From Candidatus Limnocylindria bacterium (GTDB taxonomy: Bacteria > Chloroflexota > Limnocylindria > P2-11E): a stretch of 64,000 nt of DNA. Both the position numbers and the translations under genes were made by a program. Where the stretch lies: assembly GCA_036000705.1 (NCBI GenBank), contig DASYUY010000031.1, forward strand, positions 394 to 64,393, written 5' to 3'. This document shows positions 1-9,052 of this stretch, piece after piece. Every line of letters starts with the position of its first letter. Within the stretch, counting starts at the first letter, position 1. A model generated the notes under the pieces. It made no database searches and was not told the origin of the DNA. It saw only the letters and a program-made list of their open reading frames with translations.

Positions 1-76
1 CTCCTGAGTCTTGGTCATGATCGCGCGTGCCGCCGGCCTCGCGAGACGTGCTGGTGGCGGGCGATAGCCTGCGCTC

Positions 77-1471
77 ATGTCACGTCCAGGGACCCACGGC
101 GAGCTCCGCGCCAGCGGCTGGATCTCGCGACCCGTCAAGCACGAGGTGCGCGAGAACGCGATGCGTCGCATCGCCGACGGCGAGCCCGTCGTCACCGGTG
201 TCGTCGGCTATGACGACACCGTCCTGCCGCAGCTCGAGAACGCGCTGCTCGCCGCGCACGACCTCATCTTCCTCGGAGAGCGCGGTCAGGCGAAGACGCG
301 CATGATCCGCTCGCTCGTCGACCTGCTCGACGAGTGGATGCCCGTCGTCGCGGGGAGCGAGATCAACGACGACCCGTACGCGCCCGTGTCGCACCACGCG
401 CGGCTGCTCGTCGCGGAGCGCGGCGACGACGCACCGATCGAATGGGTGCACCGCGAGCGTCGCTTCGGGGAGAAGCTCGCGACGCCCGACACGTCGATCG
501 CGGACCTCATCGGCGAGGTCGACCCGATCAAGGTCGCGGAGGGGCGCTACCTCTCCGACGAGCTCACGATCCATTACGGCCTCGTGCCGCGGACGCACCG
601 CGGCATCTTCGTCCTGAACGAGCTTCCCGACCTTGCCGAGCGCGTGCAGGTCGGCCTCCTCAACGTCATGGAAGAGCGCGACGTGCAGATACGCGGCTAC
701 AAGGTACGGCTGCCGCTCGATCTGTTCGTCGTCGCGTCCGCGAACCCCGAGGACTACACGAACCGAGGTCGGATCATCACGCCACTGAAAGACCGCTTCG
801 GCTCGCAGATCCGCACGCACTATCCGAAGGATCTCGCGATCGAGGTCGGGATCATGGAGCAGGAGCACAACACGTTCGTCGACGAGGGCATCACGACGAT
901 CGTTCCCGGCTACATGAAGGAGGTGCTCGCAGAGCTCTCGCAGCTCGCGCGACGCTCGCCCGAGATCTCGCAGCGATCCGGGGTCTCGGTCCGCGTCACC
1001 GTGTCGAACTACGAGAACCTGGTCTCGAGCGCGCTGAAGCGCTCGCTGCGCACGGGTGAGACGACCGTCGTGCCACGCATCAGCGACCTCCCCGCCGTCG
1101 TCGCGTCGACCGCTGGCAAGATCGAGCTCGAGTCGGTGGGCGACGTCTCGGAGGAGCGGGTCATCGAGCGTCTTGTCGCGCGCTCCGTGCTCAACGTCTT
1201 CAACCGGACGTTCTCACTGGCCGAGTTCGACTCCCTCCTCGCGGCGTTCGGGCGCGGCGCAACGATGCACGTCTCCTCGACGCTCGCGAGCCAGGAATAC
1301 GTGAAGCAGGCGCTGCAGATCCCGGGCATGAAGGGCGCCGTCGCGAAGTTGGGAGCTTCGGGCAATCCCGCGGCAGTCGCAGCGGCGGTCGAGTTCGTGC
1401 TCGAGGGCCTGCATCTGAATCGCAAGCTGAACAAGGAGCGCGGCGACACGCGCTCGACCTTCCGCGCATGA
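77..1471 (+). CDS. AAA+ ATPase, Mg-chelatase ChlI/BchI-like
   Basis: 464-aa ORF. P-loop 'FLGERGQAKTRM', Walker B-like 'GIFVLNELPDL', 'ASANPEDYTNRGRIITPLKDRF' as in ChlI-type AAA+. A VWA gene follows. Confidence 0.8.
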   Translation: MSRPGTHGELRASGWISRPVKHEVRENAMRRIADGEPVVTGVVGYDDTVLPQLENALLAAHDLIFLGERGQAKTRMIRSLVDLLDEWMPVVAGSEINDDPYAPVSHHARLLVAERGDDAPIEWVHRERRFGEKLATPDTSIADLIGEVDPIKVAEGRYLSDELTIHYGLVPRTHRGIFVLNELPDLAERVQVGLLNVMEERDVQIRGYKVRLPLDLFVVASANPEDYTNRGRIITPLKDRFGSQIRTHYPKDLAIEVGIMEQEHNTFVDEGITTIVPGYMKEVLAELSQLARRSPEISQRSGVSVRVTVSNYENLVSSALKRSLRTGETTVVPRISDLPAVVASTAGKIELESVGDVSEERVIERLVARSVLNVFNRTFSLAEFDSLLAAFGRGATMHVSSTLASQEYVKQALQIPGMKGAVAKLGASGNPAAVAAAVEFVLEGLHLNRKLNKERGDTRSTFRA

Positions 1472-1661
1472 GCGCGACGGGCATGCCTCAGGCGAGCGCG
1501 GGCGGCGCGGCGTCCCCTCGACGAGCATCTGCGCCCAGCGCGCTCGACCACTACGCGCGCGGTGATAAGCGGGCGCGCGTGGCCAGCCGCGAGGAGAGGG
1601 GACGACGCGACGCCAGCGCTCGCCTGCGCGGGCGCGGCGGCCACTCGCGGAGGTCGAGCGC

Positions 1662-3665
1662 GTGAACGAGCTCCCGCGTCTCGACGATTTCGGGCGCGAG
1701 ATCCGCTACTCGCGCTGGGACGGGACGCAGCGCCTCGATCCGCTCGAGGCCGAGGAGCTGCTCGGCGCGATGTCCGACGAGCTCCTCGCCGGCGGCGACC
1801 TCGAGGACGCTCTCGCCCGACTCTCGCGCTGGGGCATGCCCGGCCGCATGGAGGGCATGAAGGACCTGCTGGAGCGTCTCCGCACCGCGAAGCAGCGCCG
1901 GGCGGAGCGGCACGACCTCTCCAAGGTGTTCGACGAGCTCAAGGAGAAGCTCGAGGACGTGAAGCGCCTCGAGCGCGAGGGCCTCGAGCGGCGTCGCGAT
2001 GCCGAGGCGCCGAACGAGCAGCTGCGCCAGGGCATGCAGAAGATCGCGCAGGAGCGACTCGCGCAGCTGGACGCGCTGCCGGACGACTTCGGGCGCGCCG
2101 TGCGCGCCCTCAAGGACTACGAGTTCGTCGAGCCGAAAGCCGCCGAGAAGTATCAGGAGCTCCTGAAGGATCTGCAGGAGCAGGTGCTCGGCTCGTACTT
2201 CAAGAACATGCGCGATTCGCTGCGCAACCTGACGCCCGAGCAGCTCGAGCGCACACGTCAGATGATCCGCGACCTCAACCGCGCGCTGAAAGAGCGCATG
2301 GAGGGCGGTGAGCCCGACTTCGAAGCCTTCCAGCGGCAGTACCCGGAGCTCGCGGGCGGCGCGAAGGACTGGGACGACCTCCTGCGCCAGCTCGCGCAGG
2401 GCATGGCCGCCATGCAATCGCTCTGGCAGAGCATGTCGCCGGAGATGCGCGATCAGCTCGAGGGCATGCTCGGCGCGGCCTTCAGCGATCCGGGCCTGCA
2501 GTCGGCGATGAGCGACCTGGCCGAAACGCTCTCACAGCTGATGCCGATGAACGGCTACGACCACGCGATGTCCGGTGACGAGCCGATGACGCTGGCCGAG
2601 GCGCTCGGGCTGATGGATCAGATGAACCAGCTGTCGGACATGGAGGACACGGTCCGCTCCGCGCGCGCCGCCGAGGACCTCGAAGCGCTGAGCGCCGACG
2701 ATGTCGAGCGGCTCGCGGGCCCGGGCGCGCGGCAGTCGCTCGAGCAGCTGCGCAAGATGACCGAGCTCCTCGAAGAGGCCGGACTCATCCGGAAGGACGG
2801 TGAGCGCTACGAGCTCACGCCCCGCGGGATCCGCAAGATCGGCCAGCGGTCGCTCGAGGACATCTTCGCGACGCTCAAGCGCGACGCGTTCGGGAGCCAC
2901 CGTGCGCGCACGCGCGGCCGTGGCGGCGACCCCACCGACGAGCTCAAGACGTACGAATTCGGCGACCCGTTCCTGCTGGACCTGCCCGACACGGTGAAGA
3001 ACGCCGTCTACCGCGACGGAGCGCACGTGCCGGTGAAGCTCGCGGCCGAGGACTTCTCCGTCTACCGCACCGAGCTGATGACCCAATCCGCGACCGCGAT
3101 CCTCGTCGACGTCTCGCGCTCGATGCTGTTCCGTGGATGCTTCCTCGCGGCGAAGAAGGTCACGCTCGCGCTCGACTCGCTCATCCGCTCGACCTTCCCG
3201 AAGGACGACCTCTACATCGTCGGCTTCTCCGCGCTCGCCAGCCAGCTAAAGCCACAGGATCTGCCGCGCCTCACTTGGAACGAGTACATCTACGGCACGA
3301 ACATGCAGCACGCCTTCGAGACCGCGCGGACGCTGCTGGCGCGCTCACGCGGGAAGAACAAGCAGATCATCCTCATCACCGACGGCGAGCCGACGGCGCA
3401 TTTCGAGCCCGGCGACCCCGAGCCGAAGTTCGCGTACCCGCCGACCCCGCGAACCCGCGAGATGACCCTGCGCGAGGTGCTGCGCTGCACGCGCGAGGGC
3501 ATCACGATCAACACCTTCATGCTCGCGCGTGGCCACTACCTCGTCGACTTCGTGAACCAGATGTCGAAGATCAACACCGGTCGAGCGTTCTACGTGGAGC
3601 CCGAACGTCTCGGCGAGTATGTGCTCGTCGACTATGTGACGCACAAGCGCCGACGGGTCGCCTGA
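1662..3665 (+). CDS. VWA domain protein with long charged/coiled-coil N-terminal region
   Basis: 667-aa ORF. C-terminal VWA with MIDAS 'DVSRSM' and 'ILITDGEPTAH'. The N-terminal ~430 aa are E/R/L-rich and helical. Confidence 0.8.
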   Translation: MNELPRLDDFGREIRYSRWDGTQRLDPLEAEELLGAMSDELLAGGDLEDALARLSRWGMPGRMEGMKDLLERLRTAKQRRAERHDLSKVFDELKEKLEDVKRLEREGLERRRDAEAPNEQLRQGMQKIAQERLAQLDALPDDFGRAVRALKDYEFVEPKAAEKYQELLKDLQEQVLGSYFKNMRDSLRNLTPEQLERTRQMIRDLNRALKERMEGGEPDFEAFQRQYPELAGGAKDWDDLLRQLAQGMAAMQSLWQSMSPEMRDQLEGMLGAAFSDPGLQSAMSDLAETLSQLMPMNGYDHAMSGDEPMTLAEALGLMDQMNQLSDMEDTVRSARAAEDLEALSADDVERLAGPGARQSLEQLRKMTELLEEAGLIRKDGERYELTPRGIRKIGQRSLEDIFATLKRDAFGSHRARTRGRGGDPTDELKTYEFGDPFLLDLPDTVKNAVYRDGAHVPVKLAAEDFSVYRTELMTQSATAILVDVSRSMLFRGCFLAAKKVTLALDSLIRSTFPKDDLYIVGFSALASQLKPQDLPRLTWNEYIYGTNMQHAFETARTLLARSRGKNKQIILITDGEPTAHFEPGDPEPKFAYPPTPRTREMTLREVLRCTREGITINTFMLARGHYLVDFVNQMSKINTGRAFYVEPERLGEYVLVDYVTHKRRRVA

Positions 3666-3669
3666 CGCT

Positions 3670-4074
3670 CTAGGTCGCCCGTCGCCAGCGCACCGCCGCG
3701 AGCGCCGCGACGATGCACACCGCGGCGCCGAAGACGGGCCACAGCGCGATCCCGATGGTCGCACCGACGAATCCGAACGCCGCGCCGAAACGGTCGCCGG
3801 GCGGCGTGGCGAACCCGATGAGGTTCCCGGTCTGCGCGAGCCAGGCGGTGAACGCGCCGACGAGACCGGTGACGCCGCCGATGACGGCGGCCCAACCGAT
3901 CGCGAACGGCGTGTCGACGTCGAAGCCGCTGTCGCCGACGAGCGCGCGGGCGAGCACGATCCAGGCCGCCACCGACACCGCGCCGCCGATCCAGCCGACG
4001 ATCGGCAGCTGCTCGAAGAACGTGATCGCGACGAACGCGATACAGCCGAGCGTCAGATACCACAGGCCGCGCAG
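3670..4074 (-). CDS. small integral membrane protein (start uncertain, possibly CTG)
   Basis: Hydrophobic ORF. GC3-biased, TM-like coding continues upstream of the first GTG (3978) to an in-frame TAG at 4084..4086. The only start-like codons there are CTGs. Confidence 0.5.
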   Translation of the reverse strand: MRGLWYLTLGCIAFVAITFFEQLPIVGWIGGAVSVAAWIVLARALVGDSGFDVDTPFAIGWAAVIGGVTGLVGAFTAWLAQTGNLIGFATPPGDRFGAAFGFVGATIGIALWPVFGAAVCIVAALAAVRWRRAT

Positions 4075-4119
4075 GTCCCTACCCTAAGCCGTTCGGTGCG
4101 GAGCGTTCCGTATCGCGCG

Positions 4120-4902
4120 TCACGCTCGCGCCGACGGGTCCCCCGTCCGGATGAACCCGAGGGCCCGCCGCCATGCGTCGTCCGACGGCTGGTGATGCTC
4201 CGCGAACGTGCGGTCGAAGAACGAATGCGGCGCGCCTTCATAGGTGACGAAGTGGTGCTGAAAACGCGCCTCGTTCAGCGCCATGTCGAACGCGTCGATG
4301 TCGCTCTTGGGGATGCTGGGATCGGCGCCGCCAAACAGCCCAAGCACCGGGGCGCGCATCCGAGGCGCCCGGTCCCTGGGCGCGGTGCCCTCCTCGCCCT
4401 CGCGCGTCGAGAGACGGCCGTAGAAGCCGATCACGCCCGCGAGCTCCGCGTGTTCGGCCGCGGCGAAGAACGCCTGGCGGCCGCCCATGCAGAACCCCAG
4501 GACGTGGATGCGGCGCGCGTCCGTCGCGCCACGAAGGTGCCCGATCGCGCTCGCCACATCGGCCTGGATCGTGGTCGTCTTCGTCTTGGCCACATGCTCG
4601 CGGAACTCGAAATCGTCCCCGCGGCGCGACGTGCCAGCGGTGCGGCCGAAATAGTCGATGGCGATCGCGTGCACGCCAGCCGACGCGAAACGCTCGGCCA
4701 GCTCCTCGTAGAACGGATGCAGGCCACGCACGTCCGGAAGGATCACGACGCCGTGATCGCCATCGCCCGCCTCCGCGATCCGTGCGCGGAAGCGCGTGGC
4801 GTCTTCGCTGGTGAGGATGACGTCTTCGCTGCCCGCGCCGCCGGAGATCGGTAGAAGATCGGCGGGCACATCAGGCGGATGAGCACCCGGCGGATGGCAC
4901 AT
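4120..4902 (-). CDS. dienelactone hydrolase family protein
   Basis: 'VVILPDVRGLHPFYEELAERFASAGVHAIAIDYF' and nucleophile elbow 'GFCMGG'. Confidence 0.8.
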   Translation of the reverse strand: MCHPPGAHPPDVPADLLPISGGAGSEDVILTSEDATRFRARIAEAGDGDHGVVILPDVRGLHPFYEELAERFASAGVHAIAIDYFGRTAGTSRRGDDFEFREHVAKTKTTTIQADVASAIGHLRGATDARRIHVLGFCMGGRQAFFAAAEHAELAGVIGFYGRLSTREGEEGTAPRDRAPRMRAPVLGLFGGADPSIPKSDIDAFDMALNEARFQHHFVTYEGAPHSFFDRTFAEHHQPSDDAWRRALGFIRTGDPSARA

Positions 4903-4934
4903 GGAGGGCTAATGCTGCCATCGATGGACCCCGT

Positions 4935-5270
4935 ATGCTCGCGCGGATGGCCGATCTCAAAGAGCGCGTCGCCGCGAAGATCGCGGAGATGCGTCCGTAC
5001 CTCGAGCGGAGCGGCGGACAGGTCGATCTGGTCGAGGTCGAGGACGGCGTCGCGAAGCTGCGCGTCGCGCTCACCCGCCCCGGGCCGAGCCGGCTCGTCG
5101 CGTCGCTGCAGCTGAAGAGCGGCGTCGAGCGGGCACTGCGCGCGGACATCCCCGAGCTGCGGGGTGTCGAGGCGGTGAACCTGCCGCCGTACTCGGAGCT
5201 CGGCTGGGATCAGCCCGACTTCCGTCCGACGGAGCTGCCGCTGCCGTCGGATCTGGACGGCGACCGCTAG
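4935..5270 (+). CDS. NifU-like (Nfu C-terminal-type) domain protein lacking the CxxC pair
   Basis: 'IAEMRPYLERSGGQVDLVEVEDGVAKLRV...GVERALRADIPEL' matches the Nfu-domain pattern, but no cysteines are present. Confidence 0.5.
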   Translation: MLARMADLKERVAAKIAEMRPYLERSGGQVDLVEVEDGVAKLRVALTRPGPSRLVASLQLKSGVERALRADIPELRGVEAVNLPPYSELGWDQPDFRPTELPLPSDLDGDR

Positions 5271-5292
5271 ACGGCGGACAGCACGCGGGTCG

Positions 5293-6207
5293 TCATGCGA
5301 GCAGGGTCGGGGCGAGCGAGCGCCATTCCGCGAGCGGATGTGCCGCAAGGTCGGGACGCAGCACCTGCACGCAAACGTGATCCGCGCCTTTAGCCAGATG
5401 CGCCTCGACGCGGGCACGTATGTCGCGGGCGTCGCCCCAGACCACGATCGCGTCGACGAGCGCGTCACTCCCGTCGCTGGCGAAGTCGGCGTCGCTCCAC
5501 CCGAGGCGCTTCAGGTTGTTCGCGTAGTTCTCGAGCGAGAGGTAACGCTTCATGTGCTTACGCGCCGTTGCGCGCGCGACGGCCGGGTCCTTTGCCAAGA
5601 CCGCGGCCTGCTCGACCGCGAGCAGCGGACCCATGCCGAGCTCGTTGCGCGCGAGCGTGGTGTGTTCGACCGGCACGAAGTACGGGTGCGCGCCGATCGC
5701 GCGCTCGGCGCTGAGCCTGAGCATTCGCGGGCCGAGCGCCGCAAGGACACGAGCGGGCGGCTCGAGTGCAGCCGCGCCCGTGTACGGCGCCTTGTCCATC
5801 GCGTCGAGGTAGCGCGTCATGTTCTCGATCGGCTTCTCGTACGAGGCGCCGCGCAGCTTCACGGTCGGCGCGTGACTCACTCCGATGCCGAGCAGGAAGC
5901 GACCCGGGTACGCCTCGGACAGCGTGCGGTGTCCGTTCGCCATCGCGATCGCGTCGCGCGCCCAGATGTTCGCGATGCCCGTGGCGATGACGAGCCGCTC
6001 GCTCGCGGCGAGGAGCAGGCCGGCGTGGGCGAAGATCTCCTTGCTCCCAAGCGCTTCCGGGATCCACAGCGTGCGGAGGTCGAGGGCTTCGACCTCGCGG
6101 ACGTAATCGCGCGCCGCGTTCGCGGAGAGCCGCTCAACATCGAGCGTCCACGAACCGACGCGACCCAGGCGCTGCGCCCAGGTGCGGGCCTGATCGTGGT
6201 CACTCAT
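5293..6207 (-). CDS. LLM-class (luciferase-like) F420-dependent oxidoreductase
   Basis: 'LWIPEALGSKEIFAHAGLLLAASERLVIATGIANIWARD' and 'GRFLLGIGVSH' are typical of LLM-family enzymes. Confidence 0.75.
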   Translation of the reverse strand: MSDHDQARTWAQRLGRVGSWTLDVERLSANAARDYVREVEALDLRTLWIPEALGSKEIFAHAGLLLAASERLVIATGIANIWARDAIAMANGHRTLSEAYPGRFLLGIGVSHAPTVKLRGASYEKPIENMTRYLDAMDKAPYTGAAALEPPARVLAALGPRMLRLSAERAIGAHPYFVPVEHTTLARNELGMGPLLAVEQAAVLAKDPAVARATARKHMKRYLSLENYANNLKRLGWSDADFASDGSDALVDAIVVWGDARDIRARVEAHLAKGADHVCVQVLRPDLAAHPLAEWRSLAPTLLA

Positions 6208-6255
6208 ATCGCTCGGGCTTGCTCCGGATCGAGGTCCGCGTGCCGAAGCCCCGCA

Positions 6256-6738
6256 TCAAGGCGTGAAGCGAATCTTCGGCGCGACCCAGGCAACATCCAC
6301 GCGGCGCATGCCTGCGGCGCCGAGCGCGATCAGCCGCTCGCGTGCCGCGGTCGCATCGGAGATGAACGCGTCCACGTCGACGCCCTGACACCGCGGCGCG
6401 AACGGACGGACCCGTTCGATGCCCTCGTCCAGAAGGGTGGACGCACCGTGGAAGTTGCCGTTGCGCCAGTGATGGAAGCCGACGCCGATCTGCAAGATGC
6501 CGTGATAGAGCCCGCGCACGGGTGCGCGTGTGTCGCGCCACAGGAGCTCGAGCGTCTCGTGCTGCTCGAAGAACTCGCCGGCATTGTACTGCTCGATGCC
6601 GTGGATGAGCTCCGGCGGCGCGGGCTCGTCGCAGCGGGTGCGCGTAGGCTCATCGATCGCGCCGCCTGGGACACGCTTGGGCGGCCGCGCCGACTTGCGG
6701 TCGCGGCTATTCGGCGCCGGCGTGCTCGGGCCCGACAA
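6256..6738 (-). CDS. DUF309 domain protein (start uncertain, TTG at 6738 proposed)
   Basis: C-terminal part of track ORF 6256..7065: 'GIEQYNAGEFFEQHETLELLWRD...GLYHGILQIGVGFHHWRNGN'. There is no ATG/GTG in frame downstream of 6707. Confidence 0.55.
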   Translation of the reverse strand: MSGPSTPAPNSRDRKSARPPKRVPGGAIDEPTRTRCDEPAPPELIHGIEQYNAGEFFEQHETLELLWRDTRAPVRGLYHGILQIGVGFHHWRNGNFHGASTLLDEGIERVRPFAPRCQGVDVDAFISDATAARERLIALGAAGMRRVDVAWVAPKIRFTP

Positions 6739-7069
6739 TCTTGCGGAAGCGGAGCTCGTCTTCGAGGAACTCGCGCACGAGTGGGTTCTCGAACGCTTTC
6801 GGGAGGCCGTCTGGCTGGTCAGCGTACGCGACCTTGATGCCTTCATGAAGGTCGTGGCCCGCAGCGAGATAGCCGTTGGGCAGCTTGTACATACGCGTGT
6901 ACTGAAAGTGCCAGACCGGGCCGGTCTGCCCAATGAGCTCGCCGCTGAAACGGATCGCGTCGTCCGTGTCGCTGACGATCTTCGTGTACTTGGCGATCTC
7001 CCGCTTCGCGGTGGACCGCTCTTCGTCGGTAACGTCGGCGGGCAGCGGGAACTCGGCGGTTTCACTCAC
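6707..7069 (-). CDS. hypothetical protein
   Basis: GC3-biased coding from GTG 7069 ('VSETAEFPLPADVTDEERS...'). Family not recognised. Confidence 0.5.
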   Translation of the reverse strand: MSETAEFPLPADVTDEERSTAKREIAKYTKIVSDTDDAIRFSGELIGQTGPVWHFQYTRMYKLPNGYLAAGHDLHEGIKVAYADQPDGLPKAFENPLVREFLEDELRFRKIVGPEHAGAE

Positions 7070-7133
7070 GAGCGTTTCCGATGATACATTTCGTGTTGCC
7101 GACGCGACGCCCGCTTGGAGGAACTGACTCGAA

Positions 7134-7376
7134 ATGACGTATGTGATCACTGAACCTTGCATCGATGTGAAGGATGCGAGCTGCCTCGATGTTTGCCCTG
7201 TTGACTGCATATATACGACCGATGCGGACAAGATGTACTTCATCCATCCGGATGAGTGCATCGACTGCGGCGCGTGTGAGTCGGTGTGTCCGGTCAGCGC
7301 GATCTTTCCTGAAGACGCGGTTCCGGACAAGTGGAAGAACTACACCGAGATCAACAAGAACTACTTCAACAAGTAG
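7134..7376 (+). CDS. fdxA: 7Fe ferredoxin (3Fe-4S/4Fe-4S)
   Basis: 'TYVITEPCIDVKDASCLDVCPVDCIY' and 'CIDCGACESVCPVSAI'. GGAGG lies upstream. GC is noticeably lower than the flanks. Confidence 0.9.
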   Translation: MTYVITEPCIDVKDASCLDVCPVDCIYTTDADKMYFIHPDECIDCGACESVCPVSAIFPEDAVPDKWKNYTEINKNYFNK

Positions 7377-8296
7377 TAATTTGCCAGGAGACCCGAGACC
7401 GGCGGCGCTTGCGCTGCCGGTCTCTGATCTTAAGTCTGCGTGCACACGCATTCAGACGAACGCACTCACGACATTGACGCAGATGATTGTTTGGATCCTC
7501 CTTATTCCTCCCTCGGCCTTTGAACGGCCGAATCCGCGCGTTCAACTTGTCATGTCCGCGAAGGCAATAGCGCGCTCCTGCCACTCCGAACGCGGGATTG
7601 CCGCGCGGTAGGTCAGGCTGAGAGTGGATCACGCGCATGACGATGCGCGCCTGCGTTCGCTTCACATCACCGATGAACGGCCAGAGCAGGTGGAGGCCAA
7701 GTAAGACGGCCGCGGGCGTGAATGCTCGCCAACGCCGGTAGGGCTTGTGGTTCCCCTTGCTCGGATGTCGTCCGGAGATCGTTCCAAGGTCGGCGAGCGC
7801 GGTCTTCAATCTGAGGAGCTCAGGAGCTACCTCCGCTTCGGAGGATTGAGACACATGGAGGCGCGGCACGAAGTGATCCTTGTGCGTTCTGTGCTTCTCA
7901 AGATAGGTGCTCCCTTCACCGTCGAAGAAACCGCCCGCCCACGCACGCTCTTCACTCTCGGAGGCGGACCAGATCGCGGGCGCTAACGGTCGTTCGAGGG
8001 TCTGCTCGAACGCGTCGCGCTTCACGGCACACAGCCACGGGCCGATGAGGTCCGCCACGCGAGCGATGTCCGCTCGCGACGTGGCCTCCCACCAGTAGAG
8101 ATCCTGTTTGCCTTCCTCGATCTGCGGACCCTTCAGTCGTCCGACCCCGAACGATCCGCTGGAACTTCGAGAGCACTGCAGGCATCCCGTTGGGGCCGGC
8201 CTGGTTGATCCGCGAATGGACGCCGCGGCCGGAGCGATTCGCCCACCCTTCGCCATCGAAGAATCCCGCCGCCCACGCGAGCTCGTGCCGATCCAT
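7366..8296 (-). pseudogene. two-domain LAGLIDADG homing-endonuclease-like gene with a 1-nt frameshift and a C-terminal Zn-ribbon-like tail
   Basis: Motif 1 'LAWAAGFFDGEGW' is in frame of ORF 7952..8296. The rest of domain 1 ('GVGRLKGP...'), motif 2 'RAWAGGFFDGEGS' and 'CLRGH...RQCRECVR' are in frame of ORF 7366..8313. The frames switch at a G4 run, 8145..8152. Confidence 0.7.
7395..7424. terminator. 14-bp inverted repeat between convergent fdxA and the LAGLIDADG gene
   Basis: gagaccggcggcgc-tt-gcgctgccggtctc (one G.U pair). No U-tract. It overlaps the 3' end of the minus-strand ORF. Confidence 0.35.
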
Positions 8297-8388
8297 GCAC
8301 GAGTAGAGACCACAGAATCACGGCTCTTGTCTGTCCCCCGCGCGTCACACGTTCGTGCGACGACGACCGCTATTTCGCGGTACCGCGT

Positions 8389-8706
8389 TCAGTCCTCGAT
8401 GAGCTTCCGCCCGGCGAAGCCGGCCTCGAGGTCGTGCCAGTAGCTGATGTGGCTCCCCTCGCCCAGCTGCCAGCAGAGATAGACCTCGCGACCGCGGAGC
8501 TTCGTGCGGAAGTCGATGAGCCCGCGGTCGGGATCCTTCACCTCGACGCCGAGCTCGGCGATGTCCTTGAGGAGCGCGTTGATCTCGTGCGCGACCGGGT
8601 CCGAAGGGCGCCTCCGGTATGCGGTGACGCGCCGCTGCAGATCCTCAAGGAGTGGTCGGACCTTTGGCAGCAGCGCCTCGGCCTGGCTGCGCGTGTAGGT
8701 CGGCAT
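8389..8706 (-). CDS. DUF2203 family protein
   Basis: From ATG 8706: 'GLIDFRTKLRGREVYLCWQLGEGSHISYWHDLEAGFAGRK'. Confidence 0.65.
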   Translation of the reverse strand: MPTYTRSQAEALLPKVRPLLEDLQRRVTAYRRRPSDPVAHEINALLKDIAELGVEVKDPDRGLIDFRTKLRGREVYLCWQLGEGSHISYWHDLEAGFAGRKLIED

Positions 8707-8740
8707 ATGCTCTCGCCGAGTATCGCCCAGGAGGGACGCG

Positions 8741-9052
8741 ATGGCGACGTACGTTCTCCTCACGAAGGTCACGGCAGCCGGGGTCAAGACGCTCCAGTCG
8801 AACCCGCGCCGCATCAAGGAAGTCAACAAGGATGTCGAGGCCCTCGGCGCCCGCGTCGTCGCGCAGTACGCGACGCTGGGCCGCTACGACTTCGTGAACA
8901 TCGTCGAAGCGAAGGACAACGAGACCATCGCGCGCCTGTCCGTGGCGCTCGGCGCTCGTGGCACGGTCCACATCGAGACGCTGACGGCGATCCCGGTCGA
9001 AACGTTCATCCGCGGGCTCAGCACGAAGCCGAAGGGACGTAGCGCCAGCTAG
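8741..9052 (+). CDS. GYD domain protein
   Basis: 'YVLLTKVTAAGVKTLQ...ATLGRYDFVNIVEAKDNETIARLS'. GGAGGG SD upstream. Confidence 0.8.
   Translation: MATYVLLTKVTAAGVKTLQSNPRRIKEVNKDVEALGARVVAQYATLGRYDFVNIVEAKDNETIARLSVALGARGTVHIETLTAIPVETFIRGLSTKPKGRSAS

Noticed and set aside
1-18. Possible start of a minus-strand gene (reverse complement reads ATGACCAAGACTCAGGAG) leaving the window.
   Set aside because: Only 6 codons are visible, too little to support a call.
80-868. Long antisense or out-of-frame ORFs throughout the track. Examples: 80..868(-), 5338..6837(+), 13167..15110(+), 17309..18649 N-terminal part, 36805..38586(+), 41283..43406(+), 53608..55155(+), 60872..62338(+).
   Set aside because: They overlap genes with clear family motifs and give Arg/Ala/Pro/Gly-rich low-complexity translations. 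They are expected open-frame artefacts of a high-GC genome with strong GC3 bias.
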